A DNA stretch of 62,658 bases from IMG/VR virus record IMGVR_UViG_3300020201_000019, positions 1 to 62,658 of that record; one strand, given 5' to 3'. The notes below the pieces were generated by a model. The model was not told the origin of the DNA, did no database searches, and worked only from the letters and a program-made list of their open reading frames with translations. Made by a program: the position numbers and the translations under genes. Origin of the DNA: a virus. Taxonomy: Duplodnaviria > Caudoviricetes. Numbering within the stretch: the first letter of the stretch is position 1; each line of letters starts with the position of its first letter. Below, piece by piece: positions 28,964 through 38,194 of this stretch.

Positions 28964-29266
28964 TCAAATATTGTGGTCACGCCATTGGTGCTCTTCTAGG
29001 ACGAATTGAATAATAGAGGGTAGAAGATTATCGCTATTCTCGCCCGTGAGGCGGTGGCGCCCGAGTCGCCATAATACGGAGGATAGCTCGTTGTAGCTTA
29101 ACAGCTCACCAGCCGGTTTTGTTTCGGAGTCCGGCTGATAGTTCGCTATGTCCGCGATGGTGACGTAGTCTAATAGTACAAGTACGTCAGAGTAGTCATT
29201 ACGTAGTTTGGAGATAAGTTCGTACGCTTCGTTTAATCGGCAGCGTGTTTCTTCAGTTAGCGCCAT
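28964..29266 (-). CDS. Hypothetical protein (100 aa)
   Basis: AGGAG RBS. Confidence 0.65.
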   Translation of the reverse strand: MALTEETRCRLNEAYELISKLRNDYSDVLVLLDYVTIADIANYQPDSETKPAGELLSYNELSSVLWRLGRHRLTGENSDNLLPSIIQFVLEEHQWRDHNI

Positions 29267-29277
29267 ATCGGTGCTCC

Positions 29278-29508
29278 TTATTTGATGACTATTACTGGCC
29301 CGCCGGCTTCGTCCAACAATAATGCTGGACTACCAGGCATCGACCGGGTGGCATTGGCGGCGAATTCGACAAGTTCTTTGTAAAGTCGGTCTCCGCAATC
29401 GTGGCCGAGTCGTGAGATTAAAAATGATTTAACCGTTATATGCTTGCCGTTACTGTGTTTGGCGTACCAGTTACTATCAACAGAATTATCCATCCCTATT
29501 TGAGTCAT
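29278..29508 (-). CDS. Hypothetical protein (76 aa)
   Basis: ORF coupled to hldE. Confidence 0.6.
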   Translation of the reverse strand: MTQIGMDNSVDSNWYAKHSNGKHITVKSFLISRLGHDCGDRLYKELVEFAANATRSMPGSPALLLDEAGGPVIVIK

Positions 29509-31000
29509 TTGTTTGCCTTAATTTATCAACAAGCTGTGTAGTACTCGTTCCGGCGACGAGTGGACATAAGGATACACGAGATACAAGATTGGCGCCAATG
29601 ATAGGTTTAGCCGAATAATCAGCTCCTTTTACTAGCACATCCGGACGGATATTTGAAATAAGCGTATAAAGATAGCTGTCGACTAGCTTGCCATCTTCGG
29701 CGTCCTGGCGTCTGCTATCGAATACGTATACGCGCGATACACAGGCTAATGCCGCTACATTTGCAGCCCGTGTAGTCTGATCCTGGACGGGCCGCGTGAC
29801 GCCCTTTAGTTCTCGTACGCTAGCGTCTGAGTCTATAGCCACAATGACAATATCGCCCGTGTTCCTTGCGTGCGTTAAAACAGCGATATGCCCAGCATGA
29901 AGTAAGTCAAAACAACCGTTCGTAAACACTATTGTTTTATTTCGTAAGCGCTGCTGCTCTACAAATTCTATGAGCTCGGCTTCTGCGTGGCAAATCTTCG
30001 TATTGGTATCGAATCTACACGTGAGTCGCTTGAAATCTGCGAGGATGGCGGCAGGATCAAATTGTTTTTTACCATTAGACCTAACTCTATGGCCCGCCGC
30101 GATTAAACCGACCCGCATTGCAAATTCCATATCATCAGTGCCACTCTCGGTGGGCAACAGAGAGCAGGGCCCCAATAAGCCCATCGCCATACCAGAGAGA
30201 AAGATATCTCCGGCTCCGACACAATTACCTGAGCGATATGCGCGCGGATTCTGTATAAAGCCGTAGACGCCGTGGCGAACATAACCCACACCGTTGGCGC
30301 CGTCAGTGGTGATTAGAAACTCAGTGCCGGGCGGTAACTTACTATAAGCTGCGCGTACGATAGTTTCTAGATCGCCTGATATGCCAGCAATTTGCGCTGT
30401 TTCAAGCCGATTAAGTTTAAATGCATACATGTCGTGATATTCATGGATTAAAGCCGGTTTTGTGTCGACAATAATCTTAGCGGGCGCGCCGGCCAGCTTG
30501 AGCGAACGAGCGACCTGACTTATGCGCTTACGGGCATCTGAGTTAATACAGCCTTTCGCGTAATCAGCTATCAGCGTAACGACAGATGACGCAATATCGG
30601 TTTCAAGTGAATCCGCGAATGGCATAACCGTAGGGCTAACTCGCTCTGAGTCGTGTCGAACTAATATGTGCCCGTTACTATTTAAGTATCGCGTTTTTAC
30701 CGGCGTGATAAATTCTGGGTCTAGCCTGATGTTGGTTACTGGAATGTTGCGCTTTAGTAAATACGCAAGCATCATATGTGCGTCACTACCTGGGCCATAT
30801 GTTGAGTACACAGATAACTCAACGGGCAAACGTCTAATTGCATCAATAACAATACCCGCGCCACCCGGCTTGATGCGGCGAGATTCCGGCTGACTGACAA
30901 GCGCGATTGCGGCATGCTCGATATTGCGTATCGATGGCTCTGCGCGCCACCACACGTCTACAAGTAGATCACCTATAACGGTAATTTTAAGTCGGTTCAT
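29486..31000 (-). CDS. hldE: Bifunctional heptose 7-phosphate kinase / heptose 1-phosphate adenylyltransferase
   Basis: PfkB domain VIGDLLVD, PGGAG, T..KTR, DYAKG, GAGD; nucleotidyltransferase FTNGCFDLLHAGH, SDASVRELKG..RP, LVKGADY, STT. Confidence 0.92.
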   Translation of the reverse strand: MNRLKITVIGDLLVDVWWRAEPSIRNIEHAAIALVSQPESRRIKPGGAGIVIDAIRRLPVELSVYSTYGPGSDAHMMLAYLLKRNIPVTNIRLDPEFITPVKTRYLNSNGHILVRHDSERVSPTVMPFADSLETDIASSVVTLIADYAKGCINSDARKRISQVARSLKLAGAPAKIIVDTKPALIHEYHDMYAFKLNRLETAQIAGISGDLETIVRAAYSKLPPGTEFLITTDGANGVGYVRHGVYGFIQNPRAYRSGNCVGAGDIFLSGMAMGLLGPCSLLPTESGTDDMEFAMRVGLIAAGHRVRSNGKKQFDPAAILADFKRLTCRFDTNTKICHAEAELIEFVEQQRLRNKTIVFTNGCFDLLHAGHIAVLTHARNTGDIVIVAIDSDASVRELKGVTRPVQDQTTRAANVAALACVSRVYVFDSRRQDAEDGKLVDSYLYTLISNIRPDVLVKGADYSAKPIIGANLVSRVSLCPLVAGTSTTQLVDKLRQTNDSNRDG

Positions 31001-31015
31001 TGTGTTCTCATTGAA

Positions 31016-32167
31016 TTAAACTGGGAAGCAGACTACAGCTGCAGCCGTATCGAGGGCGCCGAATAAATATACTCCATATACCGAACACTCGCGAGGTCGC
31101 CCGTCAGTGGCTAATTCTCTACGTGATTTACGATCTAATAGCGCGCTATGAATAAATGGCCGCTTTGCGCTGAAGTCAACGCCAATGCCTATGTTGAAGT
31201 CTGTGTCAGGTAATTCAAGGATAGTTACTACCGCGGCGGGGGAGGAGGAGCCGGCGATAACGCGGATAGGCGAATTAAACGCATCGGAGACCTTCTGCAA
31301 GTCGGAAGGTGCGCGAAAAGAGATTGCCATTTTCCCGTTAAATTGACCCAAATTAGATTTGATACGAACTAGTCGCTCATCGCTAATGTCGCTGCCGTGG
31401 ATGGACCAGAATAGCGGGAAAAATAAGTTTGCACAAGCGAGAAGCTGTAGCGGAACTTCACTCGTAGCGTAACCCTTGGCCATGGCTAGTGTTAACGCTG
31501 CAGCTGGCACTTCAATGTACTCGCCAGTTTCGAGCATTACGTGAGTTCTATCCCGCCGGTCTGTGTAAGCTAAGCCCCACAGCTCAGGACCGAAGATACC
31601 AGAAGCCAACTCTGGTCGATAGACTACGATCTGTAGCGGCTCGAGTTCGAGGGCATTAACGGCGCCTGGTGTAAATACTTTGAGTAGGTCAACTCTGTAA
31701 TTTGAAACTCGGCGATTAGGCGGATTTGCCGCAATGACGGCGGCTAGCTCTTCATTGAATATGTAGTCTAACGTGTCAGCTGTGGCGTACTCTGGACTTG
31801 CAGCTAATACATTCAAGAATGCGAGTACCACACTAAGCCGGATGGTATCGCCAGACTCAATACCATTAGCGGCTAATTTATCCGCATACGCCTGGGACTG
31901 TAATCGCGCGATAATCGGGAAGTTTACGCCAGACCAATTGAATTGCGGGAAATGCGCGATTAATGTACCTGTAGCCCGCAGGAATGCAGCAGAATTTCGC
32001 GCGGGATCGGAAAAGGATAGCTGACATAGTTGCACTATACTAAACGCTAAAGTTGCGATATCACAAGACTCAACCGCCTGGCTCTGACTTCCGGCGTATT
32101 CTTTTAGGACTGTGCTCAAAACATCGGAAGGACTCGAAGTGCTCGCCACCGTCTCTAATTGGGTCAT
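31016..32167 (-). CDS. Hypothetical protein (383 aa)
   Basis: Long ORF, AGGAGG RBS. Confidence 0.75.
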   Translation of the reverse strand: MTQLETVASTSSPSDVLSTVLKEYAGSQSQAVESCDIATLAFSIVQLCQLSFSDPARNSAAFLRATGTLIAHFPQFNWSGVNFPIIARLQSQAYADKLAANGIESGDTIRLSVVLAFLNVLAASPEYATADTLDYIFNEELAAVIAANPPNRRVSNYRVDLLKVFTPGAVNALELEPLQIVVYRPELASGIFGPELWGLAYTDRRDRTHVMLETGEYIEVPAAALTLAMAKGYATSEVPLQLLACANLFFPLFWSIHGSDISDERLVRIKSNLGQFNGKMAISFRAPSDLQKVSDAFNSPIRVIAGSSSPAAVVTILELPDTDFNIGIGVDFSAKRPFIHSALLDRKSRRELATDGRPRECSVYGVYLFGALDTAAAVVCFPV

Positions 32168-33359
32168 TTATGCACCCTCCTGTGTAAACGGTCTTGCATG
32201 CTAACAATAATGCGGGAAAGGTATCGCGGTATGGCGCGTATATGAATGTGTCTTTTGTGCGCGTGAGTGGAGGAGAAAGTAAACGCACTACATGTAATTC
32301 GTTAAATTGGATATCACGAGCTTGCGCTAATACGCGAACCATCGGCGCGAGTGTTGTTAATCCTGGCTGAGCTTCTCCGGTATGCACAATTAAGCCTGGC
32401 TTGCTGCCAGCCATTTGTAGCAGTTGCTCCGCTAGTATCAGCGTGTCTGTATATAGTGTCGCACCTATTACCGAACCGAAATTAGTGGTAGTGTCGGCCG
32501 GCATGTAGTGCGACACCGATTCGCCGATTCCGCCATGAACGGAGATGGGGATATTGAGATCACAACAAGCGGCAATAATACTTTTTCTTCGGCGGTGTTT
32601 TGGAAAGATGTATCGGCCCATAGCCTCACCAAGTCCAATGCCTTCTTGGGCGCCCCGACGGATAGCCGCAAGGAGTGGGCCGAAATCGCGATAACCGGCA
32701 GCTATATATTCCTGCTCTGCCGCCGCAAATGTTAGCGCTATACCGGTGACGTAATGCTTCTTCAGAAGCTCTCGAATTACTGCGTGTATACCCGCGACGA
32801 TGACGTCAACAGATAAGAACAGTACTACTGGAGTTTGATTTTTCCGTGCAGTAAATATTTGATGAGCAACAGATATACACGCGGTAATTCCGGAAAATTT
32901 GGATAACGTGGTTGACGCGCCATGAGGTGTTACTCCGTGTGTTGTGTAGTTTGTCCGCTTAAGCGTAATTTGTTTAGATAAATTTGTATCAAAAACTGGA
33001 TATTTACTCTGGCCATTAGTGGGCAGAATGATACCGGCAATGGAGTCTATTACTATATCTGATTTCAACATTGGGCCAGTGCCGCAGAGCAACCACTCGG
33101 CATTAACGATACGGGCTATTGCTAATCTACTTAACGTGGCAATACGCACACGATGCAATCCGGCTAATATGCGCTGGACGCCATAGCGACTAAAGCCTGT
33201 GGCGCGGCTATACGCAGAAATATTACCACCGAAGACATACTCGCCTATATACCGCAAACGCGCCACAATGGCGTCATGCTCAAGGGACGTCTTCGAGGAT
33301 TCGCGTTTCTTTCTTTTCCGTAGCTTTTCTTCCGACTCTATAGAGTTGTCCGGTTCCAT
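32070..33359 (-). CDS. XRE-type HTH fused to a degenerate deoxyhypusine-synthase-like domain
   Basis: HTH ending VNAEWLLCGTGPM; C-terminal PVVLFL...LLKKHYVTGIA...GIGLGEAMG...SIIAACCDLNIPISVHGGIGES..H resembles bacterial DHS-like proteins. Confidence 0.55.
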   Translation of the reverse strand: MEPDNSIESEEKLRKRKKRESSKTSLEHDAIVARLRYIGEYVFGGNISAYSRATGFSRYGVQRILAGLHRVRIATLSRLAIARIVNAEWLLCGTGPMLKSDIVIDSIAGIILPTNGQSKYPVFDTNLSKQITLKRTNYTTHGVTPHGASTTLSKFSGITACISVAHQIFTARKNQTPVVLFLSVDVIVAGIHAVIRELLKKHYVTGIALTFAAAEQEYIAAGYRDFGPLLAAIRRGAQEGIGLGEAMGRYIFPKHRRRKSIIAACCDLNIPISVHGGIGESVSHYMPADTTTNFGSVIGATLYTDTLILAEQLLQMAGSKPGLIVHTGEAQPGLTTLAPMVRVLAQARDIQFNELHVVRLLSPPLTRTKDTFIYAPYRDTFPALLLACKTVYTGGCINDPIRDGGEHFESFRCFEHSPKRIRRKSEPGG

Positions 33360-34242
33360 TACACAATCTCAGGCCATGGCGGCTATTTAATACGATAGCA
33401 GTTAATTCCGCGTAGCCGGTAAGTAGCGTACTCGGATATTTAACGTATTCACCAAGTAAGTCTACCGCATTTTGATATTCGCGCAATTTCGTTGATGACG
33501 AGACAACTATTGATAATTTATGTTTACGGCTAGACGGACGGCGGGCGTTTGGTGCTGAAATAAAAAATTGTCGTATTTCGATTTGCCAGCCGAATCCGTC
33601 AGGTGAGGCTATCAATTCCCACAATGAACCAAGTGTATGCACACTTAATTCTTTCGTTAGCCGTTTATACCTAACCTGCTCTTGCCGTAAAACCGCGGCT
33701 AACGTGCGTGTGGCCGTCATTGCGGCAGAATGCGACCAGCCATCTTCCGTCAAGCCCTTAGACGGTATACGAAATTTTTCAACACGATAGGTGGCTACCG
33801 CGCTCGGAGATATACGCAATATAAACCTACGAGCGCGAATAAAGCGACGAAAGATATCTTCGGCAGATCGAGACGCGCAGAACGGACATATAGCGTTCTG
33901 GCTACACGGCTGAACTTTAAGCACTTTATGCTTCCGCTCAAGCTGCGCCTGTGATGGCAAGCAGTACAGACAATATCGCACAGCACGATGCAGCATCGCC
34001 GTACTATTATCTGGCGTAGTGGGCAGCCAAAGATCACGACATACCAGCTCTTTACAGCGATTGAACCACATGCGATGCGCCCGGTGCAAATAGCGTAGGG
34101 TACCGGTAAACGTACCCACACCCCGCGCCCGCCGATAATTTGCGGCTGGTTTGATCACATGCCCGTAAGAAAAGCGCTGCGTACGATATCGTAATAATTT
34201 AGTGATCCACCACTTGTGTGGGTAATACTTATCGAAGGACAT
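33280..34242 (-). CDS. Inactivated rolling-circle Rep (HUH)-like protein
   Basis: C....ICPFC..R; G.LWELIA....GWQIEIR at the HUH position; EYVKYP at motif 3; L....GLRL....G.L tail. Confidence 0.45.
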   Translation of the reverse strand: MSFDKYYPHKWWITKLLRYRTQRFSYGHVIKPAANYRRARGVGTFTGTLRYLHRAHRMWFNRCKELVCRDLWLPTTPDNSTAMLHRAVRYCLYCLPSQAQLERKHKVLKVQPCSQNAICPFCASRSAEDIFRRFIRARRFILRISPSAVATYRVEKFRIPSKGLTEDGWSHSAAMTATRTLAAVLRQEQVRYKRLTKELSVHTLGSLWELIASPDGFGWQIEIRQFFISAPNARRPSSRKHKLSIVVSSSTKLREYQNAVDLLGEYVKYPSTLLTGYAELTAIVLNSRHGLRLCNGTGQLYRVGRKATEKKETRILEDVP

Positions 34243-34248
34243 GTTAGC

Positions 34249-34605
34249 TCAGCTCGGTGTTATAGCAGTGAATGCCTTAAGATGATCTACATATGTGTAC
34301 GCTCGGCCATATACGGTGTGTTGAGCTTTTGTAATATCTATGTGGCTGACGAGCCGCTCCCGGCGGCGACGGGGCGACCAGGATGCCTGAATCTCCGCGG
34401 TCAACTTAGCTATCATCTTTTGGCTTGGCGGACGTTTTAGTCGTTTAGCCTTCTGCCCGTATCTGCGTCGGGGCAATTTATATAGGTGACGCAATTTACG
34501 CAGCTGTACCACAGAGATACCGAAAGATGTGGCGATCGCAGCATCTGTACTATATGTGTACCATACTAGCAGTAATTGCTTCTTTGTGGGTGGTGGCTTT
34601 GCCAC
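34249..34605 (-). CDS. Small basic HTH-like protein with PS...I...I.A.WS.RR.R motif
   Basis: GTG start with AGGAG RBS; IATSFGISV helix-turn-helix; paralogous motif to 28572 ORF. Confidence 0.6.
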   Translation of the reverse strand: MAKPPPTKKQLLLVWYTYSTDAAIATSFGISVVQLRKLRHLYKLPRRRYGQKAKRLKRPPSQKMIAKLTAEIQASWSPRRRRERLVSHIDITKAQHTVYGRAYTYVDHLKAFTAITPS

Positions 34606-34615
34606 GTAGTAACTC

Positions 34616-35047
34616 CTATTGTAATTCTGCGGTTTTATGCGCTAGACGCGCGTCTATTAAAATCATCGCACTAGCATAATCCTCGACTTGTACAAATGGC
34701 AGCGTAGATGTAAGGTGCGCTAATTTTGATGGGCCTATACCAGCAATATGCATTTCAGTTCGAGCCTCGTCATCGAATATCGCAGAGTGCGTGCACGACA
34801 CGGCATCCGCGCGATTGGCGAATACGATAATCCGATTATCAATAGACGCAAAAAATGCTGTGCCAGTATCGCTAGATATTACCCATCGAATCGGTACTTC
34901 GCCTTTATCGATGTATTGCCGGCGCTCTACCGGAGCCGAGGATTGTGCATTACGACCATGGCAGTATTTAAACTTCAGAGCGCTACCGCACGGACACTGC
35001 GCATTTCGACTAAACTTATTTCGCGGTTTACCTGCATTGCGTGACAT
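34616..35047 (-). CDS. SEC-C (SecA C-terminal Zn-binding) motif protein
   Basis: SRNAQCPCGSALKFKYCHG. Confidence 0.8.
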   Translation of the reverse strand: MSRNAGKPRNKFSRNAQCPCGSALKFKYCHGRNAQSSAPVERRQYIDKGEVPIRWVISSDTGTAFFASIDNRIIVFANRADAVSCTHSAIFDDEARTEMHIAGIGPSKLAHLTSTLPFVQVEDYASAMILIDARLAHKTAELQ

Positions 35048-35050
35048 AGT

Positions 35051-35620
35051 CTAGTCCCACCAGTGTGTATGATATTTACCCATAATAGCGAATAACCATT
35101 TCTCATCGCGGGTGCGCATGGCGGCATCTAACTCGAATGCCTGCGCTGATTCTCTTTGCACGATTTGTTGCTGCTCGGCAGTTGCTTTATCCCAAACTAT
35201 CTCCCACTCTATGTGTTTACTATCCGGAATAGGCGTAAAGACACTTCGACCTGGGCCCCATTTAGCCGCATGACGTTTGTAGTTAGGAGAATAATAATTA
35301 CGTTCTGTGCGCGACAAGCGATTTGCGAGTCGAGAGGCAAGTTTGATACTTTTGTCTCGAGTGCCGCTTGGGTCTACACTGGAATTATTAGATGTAAATT
35401 CGTGAGTCATTCGGCGTAACTTGAATGCAATTAACTCTAGCAGGTGATCATGATCGAAATCATAGCAACTCCAACCGAGCCGCGCATAAGCTATGGCCCG
35501 AGTACAGTTTCTAAAGAATTTATGCACAGGCCGCACACCCGGAATTCGGCGGAAGCGCGATAGTATAGAGCGCGAACGACGGCGGAATGCGCAACGATAA
35601 CCGAAGCGGGATGCAGCCAT
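35051..35620 (-). CDS. Phage hypothetical protein ending WWD
   Basis: AGGAG RBS; W..YDFD...LL....FKL..M and C-terminal WWD pattern. Confidence 0.65.
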   Translation of the reverse strand: MAASRFGYRCAFRRRSRSILSRFRRIPGVRPVHKFFRNCTRAIAYARLGWSCYDFDHDHLLELIAFKLRRMTHEFTSNNSSVDPSGTRDKSIKLASRLANRLSRTERNYYSPNYKRHAAKWGPGRSVFTPIPDSKHIEWEIVWDKATAEQQQIVQRESAQAFELDAAMRTRDEKWLFAIMGKYHTHWWD

Positions 35621-35635
35621 AACTTCTCCTTGTGT

Positions 35636-36424
35636 TTATTTCTTGTATCTAGCTAGTACGCTTACGCCATCGCAAACTGCTCGGATGTACAGCTCTGACC
35701 AATAGGTACTACCGCTGATAACTGGCTCGCCTTCCATAAATCTTTTACCTAGGCAGTTCTTCGCATAATAGTTGGACCATTTTGCGGATTTAGCTATAGA
35801 CGCATGTGCGCGGGCAACCACATCTGGACTAGATCTGGGCGCAGTCCAGCCGCCGGCGAACATATTAAGAGCGTAACGATAAGCATACTCAGGGGCCCGG
35901 GCGATACAAGACTCACCGATGGGCCACGGCGTCGGCGAGTCGCCCAGCATGCGGACGGCGTACTCGTAGGCCAACGCGGGGTTGGTGGCAATTATGGGCT
36001 CACCTAAGCGCCATCGACCTCTTATGACGTCCGCAGCGTAGGCGTAGGCGCACCCAGAGTCTGTGGCGATCGCGCGCTCGCCACGCTCGAATCTACCTTT
36101 TAGTATAAATCTTGCGTAATTATACGATAAAGAAGCAGATGTCGAAATTGCATGCTCGGCGCGTTTGAATCTACCTTTTAATACTTCGCGAGCATATAGG
36201 ACCGCAGCGGCCGGATAGCCGCATAAATACTCCTCTATAATAGCCACCCCGCTTGGCGAGATGATGTGATTGCGCAAGAAACTGATATAGTCCCCCACGA
36301 CATGCTCGTCCCGCATTATGGCGCACATGAGATTACGATCGCTAGCCATTTCCACGTCGCCACCGTGTGTGATGTAGTTAAGTGCTTGTTTAGACGTAAG
36401 AGTTTGAGTATCCATAGAAAACAA
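35636..36424 (-). CDS. Helical repeat protein (about 24-aa A..YA..vl.GR...gE..I repeats), paralog 1
   Basis: About six repeats visible in the translation. Confidence 0.75.
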   Translation of the reverse strand: MFSMDTQTLTSKQALNYITHGGDVEMASDRNLMCAIMRDEHVVGDYISFLRNHIISPSGVAIIEEYLCGYPAAAVLYAREVLKGRFKRAEHAISTSASLSYNYARFILKGRFERGERAIATDSGCAYAYAADVIRGRWRLGEPIIATNPALAYEYAVRMLGDSPTPWPIGESCIARAPEYAYRYALNMFAGGWTAPRSSPDVVARAHASIAKSAKWSNYYAKNCLGKRFMEGEPVISGSTYWSELYIRAVCDGVSVLARYKK

Positions 36425-36428
36425 TGCG

Positions 36429-37670
36429 TTACTCCGCGGGCAAGATTGTCGGGCGAGCTACTAAATAGGCAGAAAATATCGCCAATATTTTAGCGCTATC
36501 ATGGGTAGTTAATTTATCGGGATAATTGGCTATGAGCCCCCGTATCGTATCCAGGTCGCGAGCATCTAGCTCAGCATATGGGCGCACCACGAAAGCTAGA
36601 TATAATAATACGGCCTCGCTATTGGCTGCAACTATGCGCTCTAATTCAGGCCAAGGTCGCTTCAGCACTAGCTGCGCATAGGCGACGGCATTGCTGATAG
36701 CCTTGGCCGCCTTGGACGGATTCGTACCACCGGTGATGTCCTGTAATATATTGTTCTCGCCTGCATAAAAACGGTCATGGAGGCAATGGTAAGCATAGTC
36801 CAGCGAACAACCGGAATCTGCCGCAATATACGGCTCAGCTAGTGCCCACGGACTATGTAATATTGTTTGACAATAGGTGACCGCGGTACGAGCATCGGCG
36901 CTGATGGCCGGCTCCCCCAATCGCCACCGACCGCCGACAACGTCCTGAGCATAAGCCAGGGCGTAGACACAATTCTCACTAATGGCGGGCTCACCACGCG
37001 GAAATCGCCCATGGAGATAATTACGCGCATATGTAAGAGCGTACTCTGCTGATTGAGTTAATAGGCGCTCCTCGCGAGCGGTAGCTCGTCGAACGCGCGG
37101 AATATATTTGGTAGCGGATGGGGTGGGGTAGAGGGGAGGACCATAGCGGTCATTTAATCGTTCAAGTAGCACATGTAGCTCGGATCGCGTGGCGAGTCCG
37201 GTCGTGTAATCGGAGCTGCCATAATCGCCGCAGCGGGCGGGGGGAGACGGGGGTAAGATGTAGCCGGCGAAGGGTATGGCGGTCGTGCTGGCAGTGGCAT
37301 GGCACGTCGTCTTGCTCCAGTCTGTCGTCCTGCTCCGGTCGTCTGATGCCGCTACCGCTACAGCACCTAAGTCCCGGAAGGCGCGTAGGGCGGGATCTGG
37401 GGGAACAGGCTCGAAGCCGACAGGGTATACCGGCTCCCAGGTCATGGTAGTGAGGATAGAATGGATTGGTTGCACGGGGGCGGCATCCGGTGTGACAGTG
37501 TAAGGTGAGCCCGATCTCGGCGAGAAAATCTGAGATCTGGTCCGTTGGACTTCGAGTGGATCGGGTCCCCACGTGGCCTGGTAGTTATTTAGCGGCTTCA
37601 TTGTGCATTTGATCGGTAAAATCTCTGTAGCTGTAGTGCCGGTGCCATTGTAGCGAAAATTAAATATCAT
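36429..37670 (-). CDS. Helical repeat protein, paralog 2, with Pro/Thr-rich N-terminal extension
   Basis: Same repeat in C-terminal half; start reassigned to MIFNF overlapping upstream stop. Confidence 0.7.
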   Translation of the reverse strand: MIFNFRYNGTGTTATEILPIKCTMKPLNNYQATWGPDPLEVQRTRSQIFSPRSGSPYTVTPDAAPVQPIHSILTTMTWEPVYPVGFEPVPPDPALRAFRDLGAVAVAASDDRSRTTDWSKTTCHATASTTAIPFAGYILPPSPPARCGDYGSSDYTTGLATRSELHVLLERLNDRYGPPLYPTPSATKYIPRVRRATAREERLLTQSAEYALTYARNYLHGRFPRGEPAISENCVYALAYAQDVVGGRWRLGEPAISADARTAVTYCQTILHSPWALAEPYIAADSGCSLDYAYHCLHDRFYAGENNILQDITGGTNPSKAAKAISNAVAYAQLVLKRPWPELERIVAANSEAVLLYLAFVVRPYAELDARDLDTIRGLIANYPDKLTTHDSAKILAIFSAYLVARPTILPAE

Positions 37671-37878
37671 ATGGCACCCCAACATGAGCCTGGGCGAGAG
37701 TCCATTGCCCGAGCGAGAACAGCGCGGGCCACCAAAGTTCAGCTGGCGCCACAAAAAGACTGATCATTGACGGGATCCAACCTATCGACAACCATACACA
37801 AAAATAAATATCCCAGCATGCAACCCAGAAGGGTGAAATATTACACTCGCAGAAAGTGGACCAGATAGGCTTAAACAT
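37660..37878 (-). CDS. Small Trp-rich hydrophobic protein
   Basis: GGAG RBS before MFKPIW; stop overlaps next ATG. Confidence 0.4.
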   Translation of the reverse strand: MFKPIWSTFCECNISPFWVACWDIYFCVWLSIGWIPSMISLFVAPAELWWPALFSLGQWTLAQAHVGVPYDI

Positions 37879-37899
37879 GAAAACTCCAAAGTAATGTTG

Positions 37900-38190
37900 A
37901 TTAATATTTAGGCACCATACAATTTTTGACAAATTAATTAATGGTGCAGAGCCTAAACACGTGTTTGAAACATTTATTAGCCCTATTTTCCTAGCACCAA
38001 ACGCACTTCAGAATCCATAATCTTAACGAACTTCGGGCGTTTAGATGAATACAATCTTAGATATAGGAATATGAATACTATTCATTACAATATATTAATC
38101 ATTTATCTAATTTAGGGGCGCTATAAGCGCGCCACTAAAATTTATTATGTCGGGAATACAGACACCCGACGTAATAAAATTCTACTCCGA
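37900..38190. other. AT-rich, palindrome-rich non-coding region (candidate origin or structured RNA)
   Basis: Largest intergenic gap; GCACCAT...ATGGTGC, AAACACGTGTTT, ATGAATA-C-TATTCAT, hairpins at 38111..38139 and 38141..38178. Confidence 0.5.
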
Positions 38191-38194
38191 ATAA

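Noticed and set aside
35636-37670. Diversity-generating retroelement target
   Set aside because: No reverse transcriptase and no template/variable repeat pair with adenine-specific mismatches
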